A stretch of 64,000 nucleotides of DNA from Candidatus Magasanikiibacteriota bacterium (lineage in GTDB: Bacteria; Patescibacteriota; Patescibacteriia; Magasanikbacterales; UBA922). The translations under genes were made by a program, and so were the position numbers. Under the pieces are notes generated by a model that was not told where the DNA came from, did no database searches, and was given only the letters and a program-made list of their open reading frames with translations. Location: NCBI GenBank assembly GCA_018652595.1, contig JABIBU010000022.1, positions 50,346 to 114,345 of the forward strand, in the 5' to 3' direction. Positions 43,970 to 53,310 of this stretch are shown here, one piece after another; positions within the stretch are counted from its first letter, which is position 1, and every line of letters starts with the position of its first letter.

Positions 43970-46900
43970 CTAACTACACCCCAAACTATCCCCACAATTC
44001 AAACACTTATAGCAAGTACCATTCCTAACGGTAACATGTCCACAAGTAGGACAAGCAGGAGCATCGCCCATCATCTCTGACAAGGCTGCGCTACTAGCAT
44101 CTTGTATAGCCTCTTCTTTTTCCATGGTTGGCAATGTGGCCTGATCCTGAACTTCACTAACTTCTACTTCTTCCTTTTTTTCTGGCAAATCCATCGTTTC
44201 TTGTGGAGCTGTGGTCTCTGCTAGTTTGGCAAGATTTTCGAATTTCTTTTTTTGAATTCCTTTTGGAAGAACTTGCACATAGTCTGTCCGTCCGAGATAC
44301 TCCATTCCCAAAACTTTGAAAACAAAATCTATTACAGAGGTGCAGCTCTTGATATTGGGATGATCTGTAAATCCACTAGGTTCAAACCTAGTAAACAAAA
44401 AGTTTTCTACATACTTTTCTAGTGGCACACCATATTGCAGCCCCATAGAAACAGAGATTGCAAACATATTTAGTGTACTTCTAAATCCAGCGCCTTCCTT
44501 GTACATGTCAATAAAGATTTCTGCTAGGCGTCCGTCTGGATATTCGCCAGTTCTAAGCCAAATTTGCTGAGTACCAATTTTGGCAGAGACGGTGATACCA
44601 CCACGCTTTGCTGGAACTTTTCTTTTTTCTCCGTGCAAATAAACTCTTCTCTCGGCCACCTCACCATCTTTACTGTATGATTCCATTGGTGTTTGAATCC
44701 CGACATGTTGACTCAAAATCTCACTAGCCTGTCTAATTGCGTCATCTTCATCATTTGTTTCCACCATTCTAGATACCTGAATTACTTCTTCTTTTTTTAC
44801 TACAACCTCTTCTTTTAGCTCTACCTTATCTTCTACCTCTTCTTTATCTTCATCACCTTTATTTTTTGAAGAAGTTGAGAGTGGTTGGCTCAATTTACAA
44901 CCATCACGATAAATTGCAACTGCCTTTAGAGCTAATTTCCAAGACTGTTCATAAGTATATTTTACATCTTCTAGGGTTGCCTCATTTGGCATATTAATAG
45001 TTTTGGAAATTGCACCGGACAAAAATGGTTGGACAGAAGCCATCATATTCACGTGGCCCATAAAGTGGATAAATCTTTCGCCTTTTTTACCATTTTTATT
45101 TGCAGTATCAAATACTGGGTAGTGCTCTTCTTTCAAATGTGGCGCACCCTCAACTGTCATAGATCCGCAAACATATTGGTTGGCCTCCTCGATCTGCTCT
45201 TCTGTATAACCCATGGCTTTTAGCATATTAAAGTCAGGGGCATTATATTCTTCTGTCTTAAATCCAACTCGTTTCATACAATCTTCTCCCAAAGTCCAAA
45301 CATTGAAAGCAAACTTAATTTCAAAAGCACCTTTTAGAGCTTTATTTAGACTAACAATATCTCCATCGTTAAATCCTTTGGCTTTCAAGCTCTCTGCGCT
45401 AACATGTGGAGAACTTGTTATGTCAGCCGTACCTTTGGCGTAGTCTAAAATACCCCCTATCTCCTCATCGCTGTATTCTAGATTTTCTAGCGCCAATGGC
45501 ATTGCTTCGTTTGCAATACGAAAGTATCCGCCACCTGCCAATTTTTTAAACTTTACTAGTGCAAAATCTGGCTCTACTCCTGTAGTCGCACAGTCCATAA
45601 GTAAACCAATTGTTCCAGTTGGTGCAAGTAGTGTAGTCTGAGCATTGCGATACCCATACTTTTCACCCATAGACAGAGCATCATTCCAAGATTCACGAGT
45701 AGCAGCTAGTAAATAGGCAGGAGCATGCTGAGGATCAATACCAACTGGCATCACTGTCAATTTTTCATACTCACTATTATCAGCATTGAACGCTGCTCTA
45801 CGATGATTACGCATTACTCGAAGCATATCTTCGCGATTGTATTCAAACTTTGGAAATGGACCAAGCAATCTAGACATCTCAGCACTGGTCTTGTAAGACT
45901 CGGCTGTCATAAGAGATGTAATAGAACCAGCAAAAGCACAGGCTTCTTCTGACTCATAAGGAATGCCATTCATCATAAGCACAGAACCAAGGTTGGCATA
46001 GCCAAGACCTAGTGTTCTAAAATCATAACTACCTTGAGCAATTTCTTCACTTGGGAATTGCGCCATGAGAATACTAACTTCTAAAACAGTAGTGACGAGT
46101 CTAGTAGCATGTTTGAACTGTTCTATTTCAAAATTTCTATTTTTTACATCAAAAAACTTGAGCAAATTGAAAGATGCCAAATTACATGCGGTGTCATCCA
46201 AAAACATATATTCGCTACATGGATTGGAAGCATTGATTCTGCCTGACTGAGGACAAGTATGCCAGTCGTTGATAGTACCATCAAACTGAATACCTGGATC
46301 AGCACAAGCCCAAGCTGCATAAGAAACTCTTTCCCACAGGTCTTTGGCTTTCATTTTTTTACAAGTACTACCGTCAGTTCGCCAAGTAAGATTCCAAGAA
46401 CCATCATTTTTTACTGATTCCATAAACTTATGTGGCACACGGACAGAGTTGTTGGAGTTTTGACCAGAAACTGTTTGGTATGCTTCCCCCTCATAGTCTG
46501 ATGCATAACCAGCGGCAATCAGAGCTGCGACTTTTTTTTCTTCTTTTACTTTCCACCCTACAAATTCTTCAATATCAGGATGGTCCATGTCGAGCACAAC
46601 CATTTTTGCCGCACGTCTGGTAGTACCACCGGATTTTATAGCTCCGGCGGCTCTATCGCCAATTTTGAGCCAACTCATAAGCCCTGATGATTGACCACCA
46701 CCCGACAGTGACTCACCAGATCCACGAAGTCCTGAAAAATTAGTGCCCGTACCAGAGCCGTATTTGAAAAGACGCGCTTCCCTAACCCACAAATCCATAA
46801 TACCACCTTCGTTTACCAAATCGTCTTTGATAGATTGTATGAAACAAGCATGTGGTTGAGGATGAGTATAAGCATCTTTGGCTTTTGTCATGACTCCGGT

Positions 46901-47479
46901 GTCAGGATCTACATAATGGTGACCTTGGGGACTACTGTTGATGCCGTAAGCCCAATTGAGTCCAGTATTAAACCACTGCGGAGAATTTGGCGCCACCATC
47001 TGTTTGAGATGCATTACCACCAACTCATCATAAAAAATCTCTGCATCCTCTGCACTAGCAAAGTAGCCATATTTTTCTCCCCAATAACGCCAAGTACCCA
47101 CTAGACGATGAATGGTTTGTTTGGTGCTAGTCTCGGGTCCAAGCACGGGCGACCCATCCACTTTTAATTTTGGGTTACCTCTATCATCATATTGGGGCAC
47201 ACCTGTTTTTCTAAAATATTTTTGAGCAATAATATCAGTTGCCACTTGCGACCACTCTTTTGGGATCTCAATATCTTTCATTTCAAACACAACTGTACCA
47301 TCTGGCTCACGAATGATAGATAATCGCTTTTCATACTCCACTGAATCATATGGACTTTGTCCTTCTTTGCTAAAAACACGCTTAAAACGTAGGCCATTTT
47401 CAGTATTATACTTGAAGTTTGTATCTGTCTCTTGGCCAAGATGTAAATCTTGAATCAATTTGGAATCAGTCGGCCCCAT
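43970..47479 (-). CDS. nrdJ: Class II adenosylcobalamin-dependent ribonucleotide reductase (long monomeric/dimeric NrdJ type)
   Basis: FKRVFSKEGQSPYDSVEYEKR N-terminus, SNPCSE active-site motif, C-terminal CPTCG...CYKCLNCG zinc ribbon; 1169 aa, no intein motifs seen. Confidence 0.88.
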   Translation of the reverse strand: MGPTDSKLIQDLHLGQETDTNFKYNTENGLRFKRVFSKEGQSPYDSVEYEKRLSIIREPDGTVVFEMKDIEIPKEWSQVATDIIAQKYFRKTGVPQYDDRGNPKLKVDGSPVLGPETSTKQTIHRLVGTWRYWGEKYGYFASAEDAEIFYDELVVMHLKQMVAPNSPQWFNTGLNWAYGINSSPQGHHYVDPDTGVMTKAKDAYTHPQPHACFIQSIKDDLVNEGGIMDLWVREARLFKYGSGTGTNFSGLRGSGESLSGGGQSSGLMSWLKIGDRAAGAIKSGGTTRRAAKMVVLDMDHPDIEEFVGWKVKEEKKVAALIAAGYASDYEGEAYQTVSGQNSNNSVRVPHKFMESVKNDGSWNLTWRTDGSTCKKMKAKDLWERVSYAAWACADPGIQFDGTINDWHTCPQSGRINASNPCSEYMFLDDTACNLASFNLLKFFDVKNRNFEIEQFKHATRLVTTVLEVSILMAQFPSEEIAQGSYDFRTLGLGYANLGSVLMMNGIPYESEEACAFAGSITSLMTAESYKTSAEMSRLLGPFPKFEYNREDMLRVMRNHRRAAFNADNSEYEKLTVMPVGIDPQHAPAYLLAATRESWNDALSMGEKYGYRNAQTTLLAPTGTIGLLMDCATTGVEPDFALVKFKKLAGGGYFRIANEAMPLALENLEYSDEEIGGILDYAKGTADITSSPHVSAESLKAKGFNDGDIVSLNKALKGAFEIKFAFNVWTLGEDCMKRVGFKTEEYNAPDFNMLKAMGYTEEQIEEANQYVCGSMTVEGAPHLKEEHYPVFDTANKNGKKGERFIHFMGHVNMMASVQPFLSGAISKTINMPNEATLEDVKYTYEQSWKLALKAVAIYRDGCKLSQPLSTSSKNKGDEDKEEVEDKVELKEEVVVKKEEVIQVSRMVETNDEDDAIRQASEILSQHVGIQTPMESYSKDGEVAERRVYLHGEKRKVPAKRGGITVSAKIGTQQIWLRTGEYPDGRLAEIFIDMYKEGAGFRSTLNMFAISVSMGLQYGVPLEKYVENFLFTRFEPSGFTDHPNIKSCTSVIDFVFKVLGMEYLGRTDYVQVLPKGIQKKKFENLAKLAETTAPQETMDLPEKKEEVEVSEVQDQATLPTMEKEEAIQDASSAALSEMMGDAPACPTCGHVTVRNGTCYKCLNCGDSLGCS

Positions 47480-47898
47480 AGATTTATATTATTAAAAAAA
47501 TTTATAATTAGTTAATCTGAAAGCTTATTTTATCAGTTATTTTCTATTACCACAAGCACACCACAAAGCGATAAAAAAACGCCTCTAAAAAATATAAAAT
47601 GGCGCCTTTCAAAAATCATCGTAGTACAACATGTAGTGTTTGATTTCTTTTTCAAACCACTACATCTTGTGTTTAAAACAGGCTAAGCATATTATAGCAT
47701 ATATACAAACCAACCACCAAATAATTGTCGCGACACTATATTTTTGGCTTGGCTAAGCCGTGGTATGATGTTTGCACAAGCTTAAAACACAGCTTATCAA
47801 GTTAGTTATCCACAGCACACCATTCACGAAGCCACAATGCACTTCAGGCAATGTAAAAAGTTGTCAAAAAAGCTCAAAAAAGGTACAATACAGCTACT

Positions 47899-48951
47899 AT
47901 GACTGAAGAATTTTATAAGTTAGACGAAGATCTAAATCCTCGTCTAGTTGACCCAAAAGAACAAGCTGAAGAGGAAGTAATAGAAATAACACTTAGACCA
48001 CAAACCTTGGGTGAATTTGTTGGACAAAAACAAATAAAGGCGCCACTAAATATCTCGATCGAAGCCGCAAAGAAACGTAGTGAGCCAATTGAACATGTCT
48101 TGCTCTACGGCAATCCTGGGCTTGGAAAAACTACTCTGGCCAATATTATCGCCAAAGAAATGGGAACCAACATAAAGATAACCGCTGGACCAGCCCTAGA
48201 GAGAGTGGGTGATCTGGCTGCAATTTTATCAAATCTAGAAGAAGGTGATGTTTTGTTTATTGACGAAATTCACCGAATGAACAAAACTATTGAAGAGGTT
48301 TTATATTCTGCCATGGAAGATTTTGCTATTGATTTGATACTTGGAAAAGGTCCAGCTGCCAGAACAATGCGCATGCCACTAGACAAATTTACTTTGATCG
48401 GCGCGACTACTAAAATGAGTTTATTATCGGGGCCACTAAGAGATAGATTTGGACATGTATTTCATCTTAACTTCTACGAACACAGTGATATTGAAAAAAT
48501 AGTTACTCGTAATGCAAAAATTTTGAGTCTAGACGCTCATCCAGAAGCTTGCGAAGTGATTTCCAAACGTGCCAGAAGGACTCCTAGAGTGGCCAACAGA
48601 CTTTTAAAACGTGTCAGGGACTTTGCTGAAGTCAAATTTGATGGTAAAATAGATAAGGACATTACTCACCAAGCGCTGGAGATGCTAAGCATAGATGAAC
48701 ACGGTCTTGATGAAGTGGATAAAAAAATTCTAACTGCAATAATAGAAAAATTTGAAGGTGGTCCAGTAGGCCTAAATACTTTGGCTGCAGCAGTAGCAGA
48801 AGAAATGGATACCATAGAAAGCATCTACGAACCATACCTATTACAGACCGGGATGATCGAACGAACACCACGCGGCAGAAAAGCGACCAAGCTGGCCTAT
48901 GAACACCTAGGAATAAAGCTAAACAAAAAACAACAAGAAGGACTACTCTAA
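47899..48951 (+). CDS. ruvB: Holliday junction DNA helicase RuvB
   Basis: Walker A GNPGLGKTTLANIIA, sensor motifs, winged-helix C-terminus. Confidence 0.92.
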   Translation: MTEEFYKLDEDLNPRLVDPKEQAEEEVIEITLRPQTLGEFVGQKQIKAPLNISIEAAKKRSEPIEHVLLYGNPGLGKTTLANIIAKEMGTNIKITAGPALERVGDLAAILSNLEEGDVLFIDEIHRMNKTIEEVLYSAMEDFAIDLILGKGPAARTMRMPLDKFTLIGATTKMSLLSGPLRDRFGHVFHLNFYEHSDIEKIVTRNAKILSLDAHPEACEVISKRARRTPRVANRLLKRVRDFAEVKFDGKIDKDITHQALEMLSIDEHGLDEVDKKILTAIIEKFEGGPVGLNTLAAAVAEEMDTIESIYEPYLLQTGMIERTPRGRKATKLAYEHLGIKLNKKQQEGLL

Positions 48952-48960
48952 CTTATACAT

Positions 48961-49221
48961 ATGCTAACAATCCCACTATATACTTTCCTCTTCCTCTACT
49001 TGATCTTCCTAGTAGTCTTTGTGGCTTTTGCTATTATGAATTTTTATCATATTATCATGACTGCTTCTTTTACCCTAGCAAGTTTTATTATTACTTTTTT
49101 TACCTTTACACTTACAATTTTGACCCTATACTTCACATGGCAAGTAATAAGTATGGCAAATTGGCAAGCTGAGGTGCTATTATTTAATACTGAATGGCTG
49201 ACTGGGTCAGTAATTTTTTAA
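48961..49221 (+). CDS. Small hydrophobic membrane protein (2-3 TM, hypothetical)
   Basis: 86-aa ORF, strongly hydrophobic. Confidence 0.4.
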   Translation: MLTIPLYTFLFLYLIFLVVFVAFAIMNFYHIIMTASFTLASFIITFFTFTLTILTLYFTWQVISMANWQAEVLLFNTEWLTGSVIF

Positions 49222-49226
49222 GGCCT

Positions 49227-49763
49227 ATGCAAATCTCCCATTTAATAAAACAAAAAGCTTACGAAAAAATAGAGTATCTGTTACGCAGGCATCCTATTAC
49301 TTTTATACCTATTTTATCTTTGTTTATAGTGCTGTGCCTAGTTCCAGTAGCCTTGTATTTCTTGATAACTTTTATCTACCCACAGATTCTAGTCGGCCCT
49401 ATCTCTTTTCCACTCCTAGCCCTATTTGCTAGTCTATACTACCTAAGTATTTACTTATTTTTTTACGCACAATTTATAGACTTTTATCTGGATCTCTGGA
49501 TTGTAACAAATGATAGAATTGTAGACATAGAACAATTTGGGCTTTTTTCAAGGACAACATCCGAGCTAGATCTTTATAGAATCCAAGATGTGTCTGTACA
49601 TGTCACAGGATTTTTCCCCACAATATTCAAATATGGAAACATACACATAAAAACTGCCTCTAGTAATAGCGATATTGTCTTTAGAAATGTTCCCAATCCA
49701 AATCAGGTACGACAGGGGTTGATACAACTGTCAGAACAAGATTTGAAATTTCATCATACATAA
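49227..49763 (+). CDS. Membrane protein with a bacterial PH (bPH2, YdbS/YdbT-like) domain
   Basis: Two TM helices followed by IVTNDRIVDIE...SELDLYRIQDV bPH2 signature. Confidence 0.6.
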   Translation: MQISHLIKQKAYEKIEYLLRRHPITFIPILSLFIVLCLVPVALYFLITFIYPQILVGPISFPLLALFASLYYLSIYLFFYAQFIDFYLDLWIVTNDRIVDIEQFGLFSRTTSELDLYRIQDVSVHVTGFFPTIFKYGNIHIKTASSNSDIVFRNVPNPNQVRQGLIQLSEQDLKFHHT

Positions 49764-49766
49764 ACC

Positions 49767-49814
49767 AGCCGTAAGTTATAAGCTGTAAGCTGTAAGCTGT
49801 AAGCCATAAGTATT
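49767..49814 (+). repeat. Heptanucleotide tandem repeat (AGCTGTA)x3 perfect plus degenerate flanking copies (~7 units) abutting the downstream start codon
   Basis: agccgta agttata agctgta agctgta agctgta agccata agtatt then ATG. Confidence 0.8.
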
Positions 49815-50114
49815 ATGCACAACCTGTCTTTGTGGTTCACAAATCTATCGCTCCAAACACAATTTTTAATTATATATTTAATTGTGATAAACATTATCAC
49901 TTTTTTTTATTTTGGATTAGACAAATTGAAATCTCAACTACAACATCGCCGTATTAGTGAAAAAATTCTGTGGATTTTATCTGCAGTCGGAGGATCAGTC
50001 GGGGCGCTACTAGCAATGAACTTCTTTCGTCACAAGACCAAAAAACTATCTTTTCAGGCGGGCATTGCCATGATTTTGGCTGGGCAGATATTGATTGTTT
50101 TGTTTTTGATTTAA
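49815..50114 (+). CDS. DUF1294-family small membrane protein
   Basis: RISEKILWILSAVGGSVGALLAMNFFRHKT signature. Confidence 0.6.
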   Translation: MHNLSLWFTNLSLQTQFLIIYLIVINIITFFYFGLDKLKSQLQHRRISEKILWILSAVGGSVGALLAMNFFRHKTKKLSFQAGIAMILAGQILIVLFLI

Positions 50115-50183
50115 AAATTTTAATAATAAAAAACAATCCTCTCATGGGATTGTTTTTTATTATGTGTATTTTGTATCGTGTAA

Positions 50184-50747
50184 TTATTCCCCCGCCCTAC
50201 AACTATAGTCTCCAGTCTCAGTATTCACTAGAATCTCTTCGCCTTCTTTTATAAAAATCGGGGCATGAATCTTTAGTCCATTATCAAGTCCAATTTCTTT
50301 TGTTACATTGCCACTGGCAGTATCACCTCTTACTGCCGGAGGTGAATCTACCACCTTATATTGCACCTTCTTTGGTAGCTCAATCGCCACCACACCACCT
50401 TCGTGCATTAAGGCAATTACTTCTAGACCTTCTTTTAAATATTTTGCGTCATCACCCACAATACCAGAGTTAACTTCCAAGGTCTCATAATTATCATTAT
50501 TCATAAAAGAATACATCCCACCACTTTCATATAAATATTGTAAATTTTGTCTATCAACTCTCACATTATCTATTGACTCACCAGACTTATAGGTGATCTC
50601 AACAGTCTTGCCAGTAGATATGCTTTTTAGTTTAGCCTTTGTAAAAGCTTTTCCCTTACCAGGATTGGTAAACTGAAAAGTGGTGACCACAAACAGATCC
50701 CCATTACGACGAATCACTGCTCCTTTTTTTATATCAGTTGTATCTCC
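50184..50747 (-). CDS. efp: Elongation factor P (track ORF extends to 50777)
   Basis: NPGKGKAF loop, three OB/KOW-like domains, 187 aa. Confidence 0.85.
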   Translation of the reverse strand, partial: GDTTDIKKGAVIRRNGDLFVVTTFQFTNPGKGKAFTKAKLKSISTGKTVEITYKSGESIDNVRVDRQNLQYLYESGGMYSFMNNDNYETLEVNSGIVGDDAKYLKEGLEVIALMHEGGVVAIELPKKVQYKVVDSPPAVRGDTASGNVTKEIGLDNGLKIHAPIFIKEGEEILVNTETGDYSCRAGE

Positions 50748-50892
50748 CATATTTTTATATTTTAATGTAAAGCCCAATTATAGTAACATACCATCAATAT
50801 TTTGACAACAATAAAACTACCCACTCCTACTTCTAATCCAAAAAGATTGAACCAAAAGTAGTTTCGGGTAGCCTCATTATAAATTCCCTCCG

Positions 50893-51189
50893 CTACCTTT
50901 TTCTCCCAAACAACCGAGAGAAAAACCCACCCTCATCGCCCTCGTCGGGTTGTTCTAAATTGTACTTGCAATCTCCAGCATCTTTTTTTGGGCAAGCAGT
51001 GGTCATGCGAGACAGCTCGGCGGGCCTGGTGCCCTTTTTGCAATTACTGCATACTCCAAAAACATCACACCTACTGCCCCTAGCAATGACATGGCATTCT
51101 ACTACTTTGAATACCTGTGAGGAATTGCATTTGGGACACACTGTCTTAAATTCTCTAGCCCCAACTTGGGACTTCTTGTCTTCTGGCAT
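50893..51189 (-). CDS. Cys-rich zinc-ribbon small protein in higher-GC islet G (start MPEDKK; track ORF extends through the A8G8 tract to 51237)
   Basis: CPKC...CH...C...CSNC...C...C..C spacing; about 47% GC. Confidence 0.5.
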   Translation of the reverse strand: MPEDKKSQVGAREFKTVCPKCNSSQVFKVVECHVIARGSRCDVFGVCSNCKKGTRPAELSRMTTACPKKDAGDCKYNLEQPDEGDEGGFFSRLFGRKR

Positions 51190-51509
51190 ATCCCCCCCCT
51201 TTTTTTTGTGCGAGTAATTATATATACAGTAAAACATGTATTATACAAAAAGTCAACACAAAGCAAAAACCCGCCTTAACAGACGAGTTTTGCCATACAG
51301 TATTTGGGCACCTTCAGTATTTCTGAATTAAACCCACGATTATTATACACTATTTGCAAAAATCATGCAAAATAGCTGTGGATTACTCTGAAACAGAGTA
51401 ACCTTGAGCTGGATAAAATCCAACATTAGAGACATTATACAAGAGATGTGTTTTTTTGTCAACAGAGTTGACAATGTTGATAATTTAATGTAAAATAATG
51501 TTCAGTTAT

Positions 51510-51581
51510 GCGGGTATGGTATAATGGTTATTATCTCAGTTTTCCAAACTGATGATACGGGTTCGATTCCCGTTACCCGCT
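51510..51581 (+). tRNA. tRNA-Gly (UCC)
   Basis: gcgggta acceptor, anticodon loop tttccaa, T-arm acgggttcgattcccgt. Confidence 0.8.
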
Positions 51582-51637
51582 CTACACCTTGACATTTTGT
51601 CTAGGGTTTGATATAATTATCAACACAATTTACATAT

Positions 51638-51710
51638 CGCGGGGTAGAGCAATTGGCAGCTCGTTGGGCCCATAACCCAAAGGTTCTCGGTTCAAGTCCG
51701 AGCCCCGCAA
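51638..51710 (+). tRNA. Initiator tRNA-fMet (CAU)
   Basis: C1:A72 mismatch, three G:C pairs in the anticodon stem, loop cccataa. Confidence 0.8.
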
Positions 51711-51716
51711 CAAAGT

Positions 51717-51790
51717 GCGGTAGTAGTTCAGTTGGCTAGAACGTCTCCTTGCCAAGGAGAAGGTCGCCAGTTCGAGTCTGGTCTACCGCT
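51717..51790 (+). tRNA. tRNA-Gly (GCC)
   Basis: gcggtag acceptor, anticodon loop ttgccaa, T-arm gccagttcgagtctggt. Confidence 0.75.
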
Positions 51791-51794
51791 CACA

Positions 51795-51830
51795 AAAAAA
51801 ACATCGCTAAAAAATAGCGATGTTTTTTTA
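51795..51830 (+). terminator. Rho-independent terminator after the tRNA cluster
   Basis: aacatcgcta-aaaaa-tagcgatgtt + T7. Confidence 0.8.
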
Positions 51831-51918
51831 TACATTTTTTACCATACACTACTTTACAAAATCATACACATATGGTAACTTTATGTTATCTACCACAACA
51901 AACCTGAAGAGGGAAGAT

Positions 51919-52128
51919 ATGCCATGGAACAGAGAATTACCACTTACAGTGGGAACAAAGGTACTCCGTGATGTCAACGGAAAAACAGGAACAATAAAGA
52001 AGTTGGTCAGGAAGAAAGATGGGAGCATCACCAGAATTGTAATATTGATGGACGGAATGAGGATAGATCTAAATTTCCGTAGCGTCGCCTTTATGGCAGA
52101 CTTCTCGATAGCCCCCGAAAAAGTATAG
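51919..52128 (+). CDS. Small hypothetical protein, moderately GC-enriched (islet H; start MPWNREL)
   Basis: GAAGAGGGAAG SD-like motif upstream; 69 aa. Confidence 0.4.
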   Translation: MPWNRELPLTVGTKVLRDVNGKTGTIKKLVRKKDGSITRIVILMDGMRIDLNFRSVAFMADFSIAPEKV

Positions 52129-52168
52129 TGCCCCAACCTCTCTCGCATGCTTATACATTGTGCGGTAG

Positions 52169-52245
52169 GCTAAAAACAACCCCATGCCTACTTAAATTCT
52201 AATATTACTTTAGAATTTGAGTAGGGAGGATAGGGGTTGTTTTTA
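52169..52245. repeat. 77-nt near-perfect hairpin/palindrome (about 33-bp stem with small bulges)
   Basis: ctaaaaacaacccc...cctac...ttaaattctaa-tattac-ttagaattt...gtagg...ggggttgtttttag. Confidence 0.75.
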
Positions 52246-52282
52246 GTTTATATTAATTCTAAAATCACAGTTATCATGCTCA

Positions 52283-52315
52283 CAAAAACCCCTCTTACTT
52301 AAGATGGGGTTTTGT
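52283..52315. terminator. Bidirectional terminator (AAAACCCC-loop-GGGGTTTT)
   Basis: 8-bp stem, A/T runs on both sides. Confidence 0.7.
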
Positions 52316-52345
52316 ATAAAAATAAAAAATGTCTTACATCATGTT

Positions 52346-52774
52346 CTATCTTCTTTTGCCTTTGGTCCACTTATTGTCATTAAACATCAAAACTACCAAA
52401 AGTAAGAATGTAAAAATAATTGCCTCACCATACCAACCAATACCAACTGCCATACCAATCGCAGACACTGCCCAAAGCCCGGCAGCAGTAGTTAGGCCTT
52501 CTATTGTACCTCCATCTTTGTGTATAATAATACCAGCCCCCAAAAAACCAATACCGGTTAAAATCTGCGCTGCAACCCTAGTTGGTTCACCATTAGCAAA
52601 ACCATACAGAGACATCATGGTAAAAAGTGCAGCACCCGCCGCTACCAAACCATAGGTTCTAGGGCCTGCTGACTTACCAATGTGCTCTCTTTGCCATCCT
52701 AAAATCCCACCAAGGAATAAGGCTAATAATATTTGTCCGGCAAAAATTAAATAGTTTAAGATTGCTGTCTCCAT
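52346..52774 (-). CDS. mgtC: MgtC/SapB-family membrane protein
   Basis: LFLGGILGWQRE...GPRTYGLVAAGAALF signature, 142 aa. Confidence 0.75.
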   Translation of the reverse strand: METAILNYLIFAGQILLALFLGGILGWQREHIGKSAGPRTYGLVAAGAALFTMMSLYGFANGEPTRVAAQILTGIGFLGAGIIIHKDGGTIEGLTTAAGLWAVSAIGMAVGIGWYGEAIIFTFLLLVVLMFNDNKWTKGKRR

Positions 52775-52904
52775 ATTTTTTTAATTAATTTTTAAGACTC
52801 TCTATATTTTACCATAAAAAAGATATAATTCACACATCATCAACACTTACACCACAGATAACTTGACTTTTTATAGCCGATTTGATATAATTATCTCGTT
52901 TTAT

Positions 52905-52978
52905 GGGCCTGTAGCTCAGCTGGTTAGAGCACCTGCTTTGCAAGCAGGGGGTCAGGAGTTCGAATCTCCTCAGGTCCA
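52905..52978 (+). tRNA. tRNA-Ala (UGC)
   Basis: gggcctg acceptor, anticodon loop tttgcaa, ggagttcgaatctcc T-arm. Confidence 0.8.
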
Positions 52979-52984
52979 CAAAAG

Positions 52985-53079
52985 TCTAAAATAAAAACAA
53001 AAAGCCGAGGTAGCTCAGGGGCCCGCCCGCAACGCCTGAGCAAGCTCTAAACTTGCGATGGCGGGCGAGCATAGTGTGC
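52985..53079 (+). repeat. Duplicated 5' portion of tRNA-Phe (leader + acceptor/D-arm, about 30 nt direct repeat) followed by a GC-rich nested hairpin; tRNA fragment, not a functional tRNA
   Basis: ctaaaataaaaa(caaaaa)gccgaggtagctcagggg matches 53111-53140; no 3' acceptor strand downstream. Confidence 0.6.
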
Positions 53080-53121
53080 CAAAAGACATCTTTTGTAAAA
53101 AAAGTTTAATCTAAAATAAAA

Positions 53122-53194
53122 AGCCGAGGTAGCTCAGGGGTAGAGCAGTGGACTGAAAATCCTCGTGTCGGCGGTTCAAATCCGCCCCTCGGCA
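53122..53194 (+). tRNA. tRNA-Phe (GAA)
   Basis: gccgagg acceptor, anticodon loop ctgaaaa, ggcggttcaaatccgcc T-arm. Confidence 0.8.
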
Positions 53195-53310
53195 CTAGGG
53201 CTTCGTTTGTCTTTCAACAAACTATGCCCTATAAATTTATTCCGTTTTAATTATAGCTACGACCTGTAACTGAGTTTACGATGCGTAGTCCTGATTAAAA
53301 CAGGACGAAG

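Noticed and set aside
43970-47479. Possible intein in the 1169-aa NrdJ
   Set aside because: No Cys/Ser-...-HN(C/S/T) splice-junction motifs or homing-endonuclease blocks seen; extra length is explained by N-terminal and low-complexity K/E insertions
47600-47680. NrdR boxes upstream of nrdJ
   Set aside because: The inverted repeat does not resolve into two 16-bp NrdR-type palindromes and no nrdR gene is visible; reported only as a generic inverted repeat
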